A DNA stretch of 64,000 bases from NCBI RefSeq assembly GCF_036321535.1, contig NC_087437.1, positions 13,084,001-13,148,000 on the forward strand, read 5' to 3'. The DNA is from Camelus dromedarius (lineage: Eukaryota). The translations under genes were made by a program, and so were the position numbers. Shown here one piece after another: positions 39,691-53,440 of this stretch; position 1 is the stretch's first letter, and each line of letters begins with the position of its first letter. The notes below the pieces were generated by a model, which was not told the DNA's origin, did no database searches, and saw only the letters and a list, made by a program, of their open reading frames with translations.

Positions 39691-41072
39691 ACTCACTCTA
39701 GGCTGTTATCCCACCTCTTTGGGGTTGTGGCCCTGAGCTCTCTTCCTTCTGTTGTTGCAGAAGATAAATATCTCTGGTCCTCTCGAAGGGCCAGTTCACT
39801 GGGCTCTGGAGTGCGTCTCTATCACTTTCTTAAAGAGTCACTTCCCCAGCAATACCACCTGTCCCCTTCATAACCAGAGTATCCTGCCGTATTGAATTCT
39901 TCCTCTATATACAAACATGCTCTCATCTCAAGACTCTCTTTCTAATTCCATTTTCAGAATCTGTTTTCTTCTTCCACTTCAATTTTTAACTTTTACTAAA
40001 TCATGAGAAATCATAGGTTTGTTTTTACAACAAAGCTTGGAAGCTTGTCTCAAGGACCATATGTGTGAGAGGACTGAGATTCAAAGTCCTGCATAATTCT
40101 TTCAACTGTTTTCCTTTTAATCAATAATATCCAAAATTTAATCAATAAATATCCAAAATTTAAGGGTCTAGAGCAGAAGAAACACATTTCTAAAATGTTA
40201 TGGAAGAGACTTTAGATTATCAACCACTTGCCATGAATGTAACATGTTTCTTGTAACACAGTGAATCCCAGGACTCAGCTAACAGATTTTTGTTGTAGTG
40301 GTAGTGGTTTTCAAAAATCAGTTATTATGACACTAAAATAGCTTTTTTCCCCATTTAAGATTATAAAAGATCAACCCTTCTATTAAATTAGTTAATGTCA
40401 GTATCAATCTTTAAGACTGATGAGTTGATTACCACTGGAACCTTGACCAGGAGCCAACTGCTCTCTGTCTTTTGAAAATAATAAGAAACAATCCCTGACC
40501 TTAAACATAAGCACATCAAACACCTTAGCAGAGAGGAAGGCTGCTGTGGCATCCTTCAGGAGAGAGGAGAGAAAGCATATGAGGCCAACAAGGCTTAAGA
40601 TTTTGGTCTTGAGTGCAACCGAGGTTTGTCTCACGATTTGGAAGAAGATTGCGTTAAACGTTTTCACATACATCAAGCAAAACAAAGTTGTATGTTAAAA
40701 GAAGTACAGCCATCAAAAAATTATTAGAAAATGTACAACGTTAGGTGGACTTTCAGTTACAAAATTATTCATTACAGGATTGAAGTAAAAGGGTGAAGGT
40801 AAGTTTCCACCAATAAGTAAGTTAAGTTATGAAATATCCACTCAGAAGTTTCTATGATTATTAAAATCTGTTCACAAGAATATAGAAAGAAGAAAAAGTA
40901 TTTTAAATATAAAAAGGAACACAGTATAGAAAACTGTGTACTATATGAACATACCTTTATAACACTCTCAATGGTAAAGCTGTCACAAAAATCTAAGAAC
41001 GGTGTATAGAAAAAAACAGACTAGGAGGAAATACACTCACATCTTCAACAAATATTTACATAGCACTTACGT

Positions 41073-41460
41073 ATTAGTTAGGGTAGCGTAGGAAGCAATA
41101 AGAAATAACCCCAAAGTGTACAGTGGGTTAAACATCACAGTTCAGAGCAGACATCTGTGATTGGAGGAAGGCATTTCTCCACACAGTGATCCAGGTTCCT
41201 TTCATTTCATGGCTCTGCCACCTCCCAGGACCCCCATTCCTCTCTAGTCAATGCTGATGGGGAAGAGAGCATGAGGAAGGCAACTTGCTTCTGAACAGTC
41301 TTCGTCTGCTGCATGCTGCTTCTCACACATGCGTGAGAACTAGTCAGATGTCCCTACTTAGGTGAAAAAAGGTCTGGGATATACAGTCCCTGGATGAGCA
41401 GCCACTCCCCTTAAACTAAAGATGAAGCACAGATTTTTGCTGGAAAATTTACAGTTTCTT
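41073..41460 (-). mobile_element. MLT1 LTR
   Basis: tattagttagggta...aaataaccccaaa...cagtgggttaaaca; ccaggttcctttcatttcatggctctgcca. Confidence 0.7.
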
Positions 41461-42299
41461 TAAACTTAGGGAGAAGGATGGAACTAAATGAGAATTCAGG
41501 TCTGACTCTGAAATCCAAACTTTCAACTACCATGCTGTTTTGGGGCTAAAAACATAGGAGTTTCATTACAATTTACAAATGATTTACGGGTTTTAACTAA
41601 GCACCTTTAAGCCATTAGCTTTAATGCCTTAGGAGCATTGTTATCCATTAGAAAGCCAGGGTTGGTGCCAGTATCTTCTGAGCAACACACTTCCCCTAGC
41701 TCCTGAGCAGTTAGCCGTGCCAGTGGAAGCCCAGAGCCCCTCAGGGGGTAGAACGATGGAGGAAGCTGATGTCCTGTAAGTGAAGTTGTCACAGCCATGA
41801 GGGTCCCAGATCCATTGTCAAGGAAGGAGGAGCCACTGTGGAGGGTGGGAATTCATTGAGATGATGATTGAATCTGAACCACAAGACATTACCAGTCCCC
41901 TTAGTGGCACCTCAACCTTTCCTTGAGACATGGAGACAACATGCAGAAGTTCCTTCATTTAGGTAGGAGATACCCAGATGTGTCACCTTAATTCCCAAGC
42001 ATAAAGGGATTTCTTTTTCTTAGACCCAATATTAGGATGGAGGCTTTTAGAGGGTTTTTGCCTGGCTTTTTCTTTTTTTGTGTGTGCCCAGAGAATCCTC
42101 CAGGATGTTGCTGTTAAAGTCACGAGTTTTTAAAAAGCAATATTATAATTGGGAAAGAGCATGCTGCAGCGGGCACCTCCTATCTCTTCTGGAAATACTG
42201 AGAACCAGGCCGCTGCTGGTACGGATGGTCCACAGCTACTTTGATGTGGTTTCTTGTTAAAATTTTTTGTACGTATTATTTGATCTTTGGAAGACTTCT

Positions 42300-42445
42300 A
42301 TAAAGCAGATGTTATTTCCACTGTCATAATTATTTTCATTTTATAGATTTAAAACCTGAAATCTAAAGGGAGAAGGTAATTTCGCTCAAGGTCACACACC
42401 TAATAAATGGAGTCTGTCTAACTTCAAAGCCCTTGCTCTTTTGCT
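42300..42445 (-). mobile_element. MIR SINE
   Basis: cattttatagat...gctcaaggtcacaca. Confidence 0.65.
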
Positions 42446-45400
42446 AAATTATTTGTCATTGTAATTTGCCCAGAGTCCATCCTCATTTCTCTTAATTTTC
42501 CAGTTCCTTGAGGAGTTTACTTGTCTTATGTTCTTGGAGTGAGGCTGCTCCTTTCCCAGCATGAAAATGAAGGGAGCTAAAAACTTTCTATTCCTTCCTG
42601 CTCTCTGCACACCCCAATTGTAGAATGTGTTCTAAGCATGGCCATCAAGGTAGAAAATCTTGAGTAAAGAACATAAGAATGAGGAGGGAGCCATTTAATC
42701 AGACTGTCACACTGGTGACACTCTTCTGGCTTTGGAAATCATGGCCCTTTGTAACTGTCTAGGTTTATGTTAGTTTCCAAATCTGATATTTCAGATTAAT
42801 CAGTACTGTGATCCCCCGGGGATCTGTCTAATATATTTTCTTCTGGTGAAGTGATCTGGTGAGTTGAACTCCGTTGCTTTTAATTAAAAATACTATTTTA
42901 TATATTTGGATGCTACTGGCTACAAGTAACAGGAATCCATACTTAAACTGGCTTAGATAAAAAGACAATGCATTATCTCTCATAAAGGAAGGCAAAGGAG
43001 ATTTTGGGGGTTTCTCTAATCCTAGCAGACCCAAATCCACTCTTGCCCAAATACTGATGATAAAATGCTTCTCCTTGGCTTTCTGACTTTCTTGTCTTAA
43101 AGCTCACGGAATGATGAGTCATAGTTGGAGTCAATGTGCATAACTGAAAGTTGTAATATGGAACACATATCATTTTAATGAGAATTGACTTATATCGTCT
43201 TCTTAAGTAACAATAGGCCCTGTAAAACCTGAATTATACATTTTTACAGTCTTACTTCACGGGGGAAATGACATTTAGGGTTTAGAGTTGGAGATGTTTA
43301 AAAGAAGTTTTACACTAATGCTTTTTCTAAAGCATTGCATTATAAAAATTCAGTACAAGAGCATATGTTCAAAATGCAGAGAAAGAAAAGAAATAGTTCT
43401 ATAGAGTCAGTAAAATAAAACTCTAACTTTTTAATTAACCAAATATGTGCAAATGGCCCTCCTGTCCCAGATTTTCCCAGCAAGGGGTGCCTGATGACTG
43501 CTTGATCTTTCTCACTCTTAAGGAACTAAATGTGTTGATTATTTTCTCTCCTGGGGATCCTTTCAGTAGAGGAAGAAGCCTCTTTTTCTCTTTTGCTTTT
43601 GTAGTATAGACCTCTGGGAAAGAAATTCTTTAAAATCATGCAAGTGAACTGACTAATTTTTTCTTTTCTTTTTTTTTTTTCATAAGAGAAATGTAAAGCA
43701 GTCTTCACTTTCCAAGAGACAGTGGGAAATGCAATGTTCCCACTGGAAAGTTTGGTTATTTACAGAAAGACGTTGCAGAGGAGCAGGGGAGGGAACGTGA
43801 CACCAAGAGGAAATGACAGCAAAAGAAGGCATTGTATGTAGAGCCACAACCCTGGTGACCCAAATGGGTAGACATGAGACATTCTTTAGAGAAACAGTTG
43901 CCGTCTTGATCATTTTCAGGCTGTTGCTAATACCCTGGGAAACTGGGTTGTGTTTTTGCAACCCCCGCATTTACATGGGGACAGAGATAGTGAATTTCAT
44001 GCTACCCTTTTCAAAGATATTTATGCGGAATCTAGATAAAGTCATTAAAAAAAAATCCCTCTTCATCAGCTACTTGATATCAGAGTTCATCAATGGGAAG
44101 AAGTGAATGATTGACAATTTGACAAAAGGATTTAGAAACAGCTGAGTTACCTTCACCAAAATTAAGATTTTGTTCTTTGAAGACCCTTTTTGTGGTTTCA
44201 AAACCACAAAAGAATAAGATACAGCCATTTGATAGTGACCACAGAGTATAGGGCAGAGTGGTAGAAAGCAATTTAATACTAGGACTAAATAATCACTTAT
44301 ATTTGATTTGCAAGATAGAGTGATTTTACCTTTTGCAATGTGTTTTGCTTAAGATATGAATAAAGTCTGTTAGAGACATGACATGGTCCTGAAATGTATC
44401 TGGTGTCTCAGAAAATGAATGGTGCTTTAAAAGAAATTGCTGCCAAGAAACAAAAGTGGATAATTTCCCCAACAATAATTGAAAACTATAGACTTTCCCC
44501 ATGTTGGTCTTTCCTTTTCTTATTTCTCTATTATTTTTGCCAACTAAGATAATTTTTGGATATATAACAGAAGATGAATGCCTTTTTTTTTTCGTTGTAA
44601 AGGAAGCATAAAATGAGCTGTTTCTTAAGCAACAGAATTCTGTTTTATAATAAATACACAGCTCTTTTAGCACCATGAAAGTGTCCATCTGCTACCTCTG
44701 GGTCTGCCTTGCACAAAGCAGGCTTTGAAAAAACAGCATTATATCATTCATTTAGACATGCTGTGGATGTGAATGCTTTTAAGCAATTGGTTCTACTCTA
44801 ATCGACACAATGGAAAAATATCTTAGTTAACGGAAAAGGCTGAAAGGAGCGACTTTAGGTCACAGCAGTCACATGGCAGATTGTAATGGGAGATGTTTCA
44901 GTGGAGACTTTTAGTTGGCACTGACATTTTCTCCAATTATCAGCACTGGCTCTTCCCTCTGTTCCGAACAGCTGAATAGAGGGACACTTTTATTCCACAC
45001 GGATCTCTCCTATCCACTTAACCTAATAAAAGTAAAAGAATTTAGAAATCCTAACTTCACAATGACATCCCCAAAATGAACAGAATCATTTTAAGAATTC
45101 TACAATATATTATCTAGAAGGCACGTTTAATTATTGTTCATTATCAACCAAATGAATCAGGATTAACATGATATGTGGTGTCACTGTTTCCTCAAACGCA
45201 TTAGAGAGGCTTAGGAGGAGAGGCTTAAGGAATTAGGTTTATTTAGAATGGAGAGTGCCAGGGAGCTGGCTTGGTAAGCTCTACTGACAGGGGTCTATTG
45301 GGAGAACAAGGCAAATCTTGCAAGCGGACCTATCTGGTGTTATTTCAGAAAAAGTCCGAAAAAGATAATTCCTCCAAATATCTCCTTTATGGCCAGGAAT

Positions 45401-45569
45401 TTCTCCAGCTGTTCAGTCCTTTTGGATTTTGATGCTTTTTTCACTTTTTTCAGATGCTTCTGATTATAGCAGACATCCTTTATCAGATCATTGTTCTACT
45501 AATAATGTTTTACACGAATAGTGTTTGTTTTTTTGAAGTACTCTGTGGTAACTTGTTTTGCTTCTACCA

Positions 45570-45720
45570 CAATCCTATACTTTAAGGTTATTACTACCAC
45601 TTTATAGCTGAGAAGATTGAGATTCAGAGTGGCTGGGAGTTGCTTACAGTCCAAAGCCTGGCAAAAGGACCCAGATCTTCCGGCTCTGGCCCAGCCAGGC
45701 ACCTTTCCTTCCACAATTCA
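45570..45720 (-). mobile_element. MIR SINE
   Basis: ccactttatagctgagaagattgagattcagag. Confidence 0.6.
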
Positions 45721-45949
45721 TGGTCAAGGTCTCCAGGAAGGAGACTTGGGACTGACACACAGAATTAGTGAGAGTGAGAAGCAAGAAGAGGAGGGGAACT
45801 GGGAAGAGAGAGAGGACAGAGGTGGGAAGTAGATGAGAAATTCCATTTCCCTCGTGAGCCTTCAGCCATCCCTTTGTTTGAACTTGCTGTTCATTTGGGA
45901 AAAACTCTGATTTTTTTGGTCTTTGTTTTATAGTTCCTGATAATTATAA

Positions 45950-46152
45950 GTTGAAACCTTAGCTCTTCAGTCCCTGTTGTGTGACCCTGTGCTAGCCACA
46001 TAATCTCTTTAACCTCAGTTTCCTCATTAATAAATGAGGATAATGGTAAAAGACAGGTCCTTGAATCAGTTCAATGAGATAAGCTATAGAAGGCAGTTCA
46101 ATAGCAACAGTGCCTGGAACATGGTAACTGCTCAGTAAGTGTTAACTATCAC
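45950..46152 (+). mobile_element. MIR SINE
   Basis: tgtgtgaccctg...cctcagtttcctcatt...cagtgcctggaacatggtaactgctcagtaa. Confidence 0.85.
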
Positions 46153-46229
46153 TAATATATAATAGACATGTGTCAGTTTTTGGCTGCTTAGTGTCAGAAT
46201 CCCCTTCATATATTTGCGATGCTATTCAT

Positions 46230-46648
46230 TAGTGCTGTCCTTCGAGTATTTCTGGTTCTTTTTCTGAGCAAATGGTAGCACTGTATTTCCCTGTGTCTTC
46301 CCTTCCTTTTGAATCTGGGTGTGGCCATCTAGTGGCTTTGGCCACTAAAGTCTAGGCAGGAAGGACATGCGCACTTCCAGTTAGAATCTGAAATGCTGGT
46401 GTATGTTTTCCCATGCTCTCCCTTTGCCATGACGACCTACAGCTACACACGGAGGCTGCACTGGCAGCCTACGTCCTTGAGTGAGAACAAGGCAGTGACA
46501 CAGAGCAGACCTCCTAGATAATTAGTGACTGATAAGTAGTGAGACCGAGAAAAAAGAAAGAAGCAAACATAACTGTTTTATGTTAAAGCCACTAAGATTT
46601 TGGAGGTCATCGGTTATTGCAGCATAACTTGGCCTATCCTGACTGTCA
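46230..46648 (+). mobile_element. MLT1 LTR
   Basis: End tgttaaagccactaagattttggaggt...gttattgcagcataacttggcctatcctgactg. Confidence 0.75.
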
Positions 46649-48974
46649 ACCCCTCCTATGAGTCTTGGTGGGAGGAAAAGCCTCATTCACATAAAAGAAA
46701 TACAAAAGGGTAGATAGTTGCTTTCGTTACCCCTTTTGTAGGCACTAGATCTATGGTTGATCAATCGGTAACACAGATCAGGAGCTAGAAATGCAGAGAG
46801 GTGGGATCAGTGTGTAATTCATTCTCATTTACTGTGGTAGCAGCAGCAATGGAGGAAATACACATTTCTGGGACAATCTTGGGCATCTGGAGTCTGGGGC
46901 CACTGGTGGAAATTTTTATAAACTATTTGGATTTGGTTTTCAAGGACATTGGAAGCAGAGTCTTTGCTGGGTAAGCCCTGTGGTATCACTCTGGCTCTAG
47001 CTGGGATGCAGTCTAGCATCCCCTGTTCCTGACTGACTTCCAGCCTTCCTAGCAACTCAAATCTGCAAGCAGCTGATAGAATTTCAATTCATTCATTTTC
47101 TGATTAAATCAGCCAGAGTGTATTACTTGCAAATAAGATTCCTGAGTAACACAATATATAAATTAATTTTAGAATTTTCTTTGTTAATGTGCAGAGTTAT
47201 TTTAGCATATTTCTGGCAGTTTGAATTAGTCTCTCTGAATACCATTGCTTGTCCACGCCAACAGGGCACTTATTTTAGAAATGCCCACACTTTATTTCAG
47301 CAATTTTTTCAAGGTATTAAATTCATGGTTCTTTAAAAGATTCTTAATGAGTTAAAGTACAAATTTCACTTAGGGTTTAAATTATATTCAAAATCTGATA
47401 GCCAAAACCACTTCCCTCTTTCCCTTGGAAAAATGGAAGGCAAAGATTTCTCTGTATTTGTCTCCTGCAGTAAGCACTGCATTACTAAAAAGATTCATGG
47501 ATCTTTGACTGTTTAAAGCAGAGATCTCATTGTTCTATTTATTTTGAATTTGGTTCAATCAAGATGTGAAGATGACCTAGAGTACCTCTTAAGTTTCTTT
47601 CCGGCCCCGTGATTTCTAAGACCATGGATTAGCTACAAGAGTCAAAATTCCCACTGAGGGAGATTCATTTAGTTGGTTGGGTAAGATGATTACTGTTCTA
47701 AAGGGTCATTAATCTTGATGTGACTTGACAACTAAATTGAACTGGAACCTGTGTACTGGGGATTAAGAAGAGATGGATTCATTACAAGTACCCAGCAGAG
47801 ATGTAATTTTACATATTTTGAGTTTACTTTTTGAATCTATCAGGAGAAACTAGGAAGAGCAAATTAATTCCTAGTGGGTACACCAACACTGTAATTTCCT
47901 TGCTAAAGTTCAAATTCAAGACTGTGATTCTTTCCTCCACCACTCTTTCAATCTACAACTCATCAAGCCTAAAAAGATAAAAATAAAACCAACAGCAAAT
48001 TTAGAAATGCTAGTCGACATGACTCAAAGTAGAGAAGGGACTGATAATTATTTCCCTTGTTCTAAACTAGTTGTTTCTGGAAAGGTGGAGAAGAAAACAG
48101 TAAGGGGAGAAAAGGAGGTTTTCCCAAGAATCGTTCAGTCATTTCTACAGAAATCTTAAATAAGAAAAAGCAAAATCCTGTGAGACAATGAGACTTGGAG
48201 CAAAAATGGAAGCAGGCTAGATACCCAAGTGTGGGCTATGGTGACTGCTCGACATGAAAACAAAGGCTTTTGATTTCTAGACTAATCAATTGGATGTGTT
48301 TCACAATATTCTAACTTGTAGGAGAAGAAGCAAGAAGAATGAAACAAAACAAAACAAAAAACACCAGCAAACGTGTAGCATGTAAATGCAGGTATTTCAG
48401 GTCGAGAGAAGCCTCCAATGACGGAGACCACGAGTTCCGGGACCAACTTCTAAGACCTGGCGGCTTGTCTGGCTTTTCTATGGTTTGTTCTGTGGGTGTA
48501 AAAGGGCTGCGTCGCGCATCAGCAGGTCTCCATGAAGATCAGAGGGATGTGAGAACAGTCACAGACTTTACTTTCCCCTTAGGAAAGGAGTCTTCCTTTA
48601 ATGTACAGATAGACTAAAGTCTGGCAATGTCAAAGGACTTTCCCAAGGTCACACAGCTTTTTCAGAGTGGAACTTGGGGTGGCGATCAGGCTCTGATGGT
48701 GAATGCTGAGACCCTGACGTCAGGTCTGTCTTGGTTGCATTCACCTCTGTCACCCGGTGGGGACAATGGATGCTCTTCCAATAGCTGTCTGGGAGGATTC
48801 AACATTACAGGCCCCTCTTCTGCCTGAGGGAGAATGCAACAGCCTAGAAGAGTCACTTTAAGGAACAGGTAAACCTTCACCAGCCTTCCTAAAACTCACT
48901 TCTATTCCAAAATAACAGTTTAAAAACAAAATTCAAAGGATGCAACATGTTGGAAGACTTAAGCAGGTGGTTCT

Positions 48975-49130
48975 GGGCTCAGCTGTTCCTGGTTTTGGGT
49001 TTCAAGCTCTGCTACTGACTCTGTGTCATCTTGGGACTGTTAATTAATAATGTCCCTAAGCCTCAGTTTTCTCACTGAAAGATGGAAATAATAATAGCAC
49101 CTTCCTCATATGCTTGTTGTCAGAATTTAT
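48975..49130 (+). mobile_element. MIR SINE
   Basis: ctctgctactgactctgtgtcatcttggg...gcctcagttttctcactgaaagatggaaataataatag. Confidence 0.8.
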
Positions 49131-50080
49131 TCACGCAAGCGAAGGATGGTACAAAAGTACAAACTAAGAACTTAATAGTCAGAGAAAGGAGATCCAGGTA
49201 TGAGAAAAATAAAAAAGAGTTTAATATAAATTAAGAGAAATATTCTCTCTCTTAATTTGTATTAAAGTCTGCTTCTGTTTTAATATTTATTAAACTCTGT
49301 GTCTTTTCCTTCCTCTATTACTGAAATGGGTTTTTCTGGCATATGCTTAGCGCGGTTCCTTTCTTTGTAGGCATCAGTTGCACACCCAGTTCACAATTTT
49401 GAAAGGCTTTTTAATCCAAAGGAGTTTGCCCTGGGGAAAGTCAGCAGGAAGAATGAACCCAGAGATTAGGAAGTGGTGATTAGACCCGCAGAGACGCAGT
49501 ACATCTAAGGGAGAAGAGGCACTGACTGCCGTGAGGGGCCGAGTGAGTTTTACAGTGGATTTGGACTTGGAGGCCATCCAGTTGACTTACTCATTTTAAA
49601 GCAGAGAAAAGCCAAGTCCAAAGAGATCACTGAGGTCCCCAAGGTCTCACAGCACGTCCACTTAGAAAGCATCGCTCTCCATCCTCCACTTTTCTAATTA
49701 TTGTCCTGATTTCAGTTTTATTTTACATCCTCTTGAATGTTTCCCATGCCAGACTGGAAAGGGCATATTGGAGCCTCTCCATGAATTGGTTCCTACCCAG
49801 CCAACCGCTGCACAGATGAGGGCAGAGACAGGGACCTCCGCATCCCTCATCCACACACCAGAGAACGTTGTGTTTGGAGGTAAGGATTTTTGACCTTTCT
49901 CTTTAAGGCCTTAAGGCTACAGGGGGAAAAAAAAGAAAAAAACATGTAATTTGAGCTTTACCAGGTCCGTACTAGTGTTGTAAATTCTAAACCATTTACC
50001 CCATAACACCTGGTATTTAGGGAAAGGCAATAGCTCCTCACCTGTTGGGGGCAGCGTTCTAGGAGAATTAGACCTTAGAC

Positions 50081-50254
50081 CAGCAGTTCTCAAACTTTAG
50101 CATTCATCAGACTCTCCTGGAGGGCTGGCTAAACCACAGCTTGCTGGGCTCTTATCTAGGAGGTCTGGGGTGGGACCCAAGGATTTGTATTTCTAACAAG
50201 CTCTCAGAGGGATGCTGGTCTGCTGGACCAGAGACCACCCTTTAAGAACCATGG
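50081..50254 (+). mobile_element. MER5A hAT-Charlie MITE
   Basis: cagcagttctcaaactttagc...ggtctggggtgggacccaag...tttaagaacca, with terminal inverted repeats. Confidence 0.88.
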
Positions 50255-51037
50255 CTATTGGAGAAACAGGCCTGTCTTTCCTGATCTTTTAGCCTAATTC
50301 CCTCCTCAGCTACATTTTCTTTTTACCTTTAGCAGCTCAGACCTACTTTCCACTGCAAATCTGCTTGCAAACTTTTCTTTGCACACTCATTGCTGCTTCA
50401 AGTTTTACCTCCCTCCAGACGCTTCTTCTATAACAGGGCATTTTGACCACCTCACCTAGTCCTGAGACATTGCACGTACAGACCACAGCTCTGGCACCCT
50501 CGCGGGGATCTCTCTACAAACGTTGATGTGCATGGGGCCTCCTGACTGGTGTGACTAAGACAGGTGGGTGGTGGTGACATTTATCGCAGGCAGGCTTCTC
50601 AAAGGGGAGGGGATGTGCTGTGAAGAATGGCATTTTCTCTCTTCTAGCTAGCTTCTCGGGCTAAAATTGAGCCCCCCGTGTTTAGGAGAAGACTGAATGA
50701 ACTGTTGAATGAAAGTCTCTGTGGAATTCCAGGCACAAACAGACTTGTCTTGAAGCCCAGGCAAAGATCTTTCATACACTGACACCTGTCAGTCATTGGT
50801 TCGGGGTTCTCCAAGGGGCTCATTAATTTGCAGGTGCTTCAGGCTCTCCCTTCTGGAAGCCTGAAGGAGTCTTGAAAAAACGTGCTGACTTTCGGAGCGT
50901 CAAGCACACCAAAGGGAGGAGGAGCATGCACAAATACGGTCGAAGCACTTCCCAGGGACTCTGGCTGGAGCCCTGTCGTTGCCTAAGACATCAGGGAGAC
51001 TTTAAGCAAGTAGATCAAGCCAGTGGGCATGGAGGTA

Positions 51038-51487
51038 TGTAGCAGAAAAGAACAAATCTGACTCTATTAGATCTGTTCTTTAGCTTTAACACTGTGCCCT
51101 GTTTTCTAGGCTTAGTTTTGCTAGCTCTGCACTCATGTAAAGATAACAAGTTGCAGAGTAGAGAATAACCTTTGTTTTGTTGGAGGTTGTGCAGGAGCTC
51201 CATGAGATGGCCCACGTGGACGGCTGCCAGAACAAAGAATTCCTACATCAAGAAGTTTGCAACAACTAACCACGCCCACTCCCCTGTTTTTTGTTTTGTT
51301 TTGTTTTGTTTTGTATAAAAGGAGTCTGCATTCTGACTGGAGCCGGATGGTTCTCCAAGACATCAGTCTGCCATCCTCTCGGTCTGCCGGCTTTCCAAAT
51401 AAAGTCACTATTCCTTGCCCCAACACCTCATCTCCCGATTTACTGGCCTGTTGTGCGGTGAGCAGAGCGAGTTTGGACTCGGTAACA
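51038..51487 (+). mobile_element. ERV1 solo LTR with intact-looking TATA and polyA signal
   Basis: TG...CA termini, near-TSD ggta/ggtg, TATAAAA at 51314-51320, AATAAA at 51398-51403. Confidence 0.88.
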
Positions 51488-53029
51488 GGTGCATGGGAGT
51501 GCTGGAAGCCATGTATTTATTTGACTGTGATGATGGCTCATCCCACTCGCCCCTAGAGACCCTGTTCGCAAATCTCTGCTGTGGAAGGAGCTCTCTGGTC
51601 TAGAGCTGTCCTCCGAGGAAGTTCTTACTCTGTGGCTCGTTAGTGGCATGGGATGCCTGGCTTCTTTGCCAAGTCCAGGGAGCTTAGTGAAGACAACAAC
51701 ACACGGCTCCCTGAGACTGAGGTTAGCCACTGAGCATTTAAACTGTCTTGCTATGTTGCCTGATTCTTTCAGGCCATGCACCCAAGAGTGGTGTGCTTTC
51801 TGGGACAGCCAGCCAGCTTTTTTCCATGCCTACTTTATCCAGGGTAGCCAGGTGCTGCCCTAACCAAGGTGTGGGCTGAAAATTCAGACACATCCACAGT
51901 CATGAATTTTGCAGCCTCATTTGCATGTTTAACCTTCCTCTGCTTCTCTTATTCTCAGACAGATGCAGGCAAACAAATCCATTTCTGTAGAAATTTCCAC
52001 GCTGCAACCAAGCTGGGATTTGATGAGATAAATAATTGTTAGGAATAGTTGAGTCTGATCCCCCTTGGTCTCCATGAAGAAGGGCATTTTGAACAACTGC
52101 TATAAAGACATTTCATCAGTGAATATACCTTGGATTTTTATTTCATGCATGACTCAAGGATCATACTATGGTTTATCTTCCACATTTACACAGAAGTACT
52201 GAAGTTGTACTTCCCTCTTTTGTGGGACCAACACTGGCAATGAAACTAGAAGCCCTGGCCTTCAATGGTGGCCTCCCACTTACAAACTTGTGAGCCAGCC
52301 CCGTGATGTGGCTAAGGCTGGTTTTGCTCAGTCAGAGTGGTCAGTGTGAAGGTCCAAGGGAGATGGGTCTATTGGTGGGATCGTTAAGAGCAATAGAAAA
52401 TAAAGAATTTATAGGAAAGAAAATCCTGCGTTACACTGAGCATCATTATTGTGACCATTATTAGCACAGCCATCTGAAAGGGATCACTCTCCACTCTAGG
52501 TTTTCTATCTAGATTTTTGTATCTAGACAGACCCAAGCTGAAATCCAGCCAACTCCCCACCCTTACAAGCTAGTTAATCCTGAGAAAGATCTTGCAGCTC
52601 TAGGAGCCCTAGATCTCATGTACTTGCCTTTGAGGACGTGGTGAGGATTATAGCTAACATACATATGAAAGAGTTCCTGCCACCCAATCAATGATATTTT
52701 CTTAGCCTTGTATTTTATTTTTTCACTTTGGCCAACTTGAAAGGAACTCTTTGGAATTAAAAAGAACAAACTCTTGTCCGTCAGTGCGTGCTTACCGAGA
52801 CATTACCGAGACGTAAGTTTCAATTGTGGAACCTTTTGGCTCAAGTACAATAACTTCATAAAGAGATGCTGAGTTTCCCTGAGGAATAAAATGCCTCAGT
52901 GGCAAACCGTCACTGACTCTCAAATGCTGACATCTCTTGCTTTCTTTTTTTTTTTTTTTTTTTTTTCTGTCAACAGGAACCTACTTTTATGCCCCCTTAC
53001 CTATTTTTGCCCACCTGGGGTTGCCTGAT

Positions 53030-53440
53030 CTTGATCTCCCTGCTCCTCCCCTAGTGCAATGACTAACACAATTTTTGTAGCAATGGCTGCAATGAACAGG
53101 ACACAATGCCATCTGTTCTGTCAGCCCTTCCCCTGACAACAAGCGTGCATTGGACTCTTTCCTCCGTAACCCACTTTGCAGTTACTCTCTGTAACTCAAG
53201 TAGCACCTCATTGTTTTTTTCTCTAATTGTCCAGACCACACAGTGTAATACCATAAATACACAAACACACATTTTGACCTTTATTTGGCTTTTGTGTGTG
53301 TGTGTGTGTACTGATCTTTCCAGTTACATTCTGATACATTCTGGGTGTGGGCCATATCTTTCCTACTCAATAGTACTAACATTGAGCTGACAGCCCAGTG
53401 GGGCACACACAGTAGGCATTTGGTGTGAATTTATTGTCTG
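53030..53440 (+). mobile_element. L2 fragment
   Basis: Ends gacagcccagtggggcacacacagtaggcatt. Confidence 0.5.

Noticed and set aside
46701..46740. Small hairpin tacaaaagggta...taccccttttgta
   Set aside because: Stem of about 12 bp with a bulge; too short for a pre-miRNA and plausible by chance.
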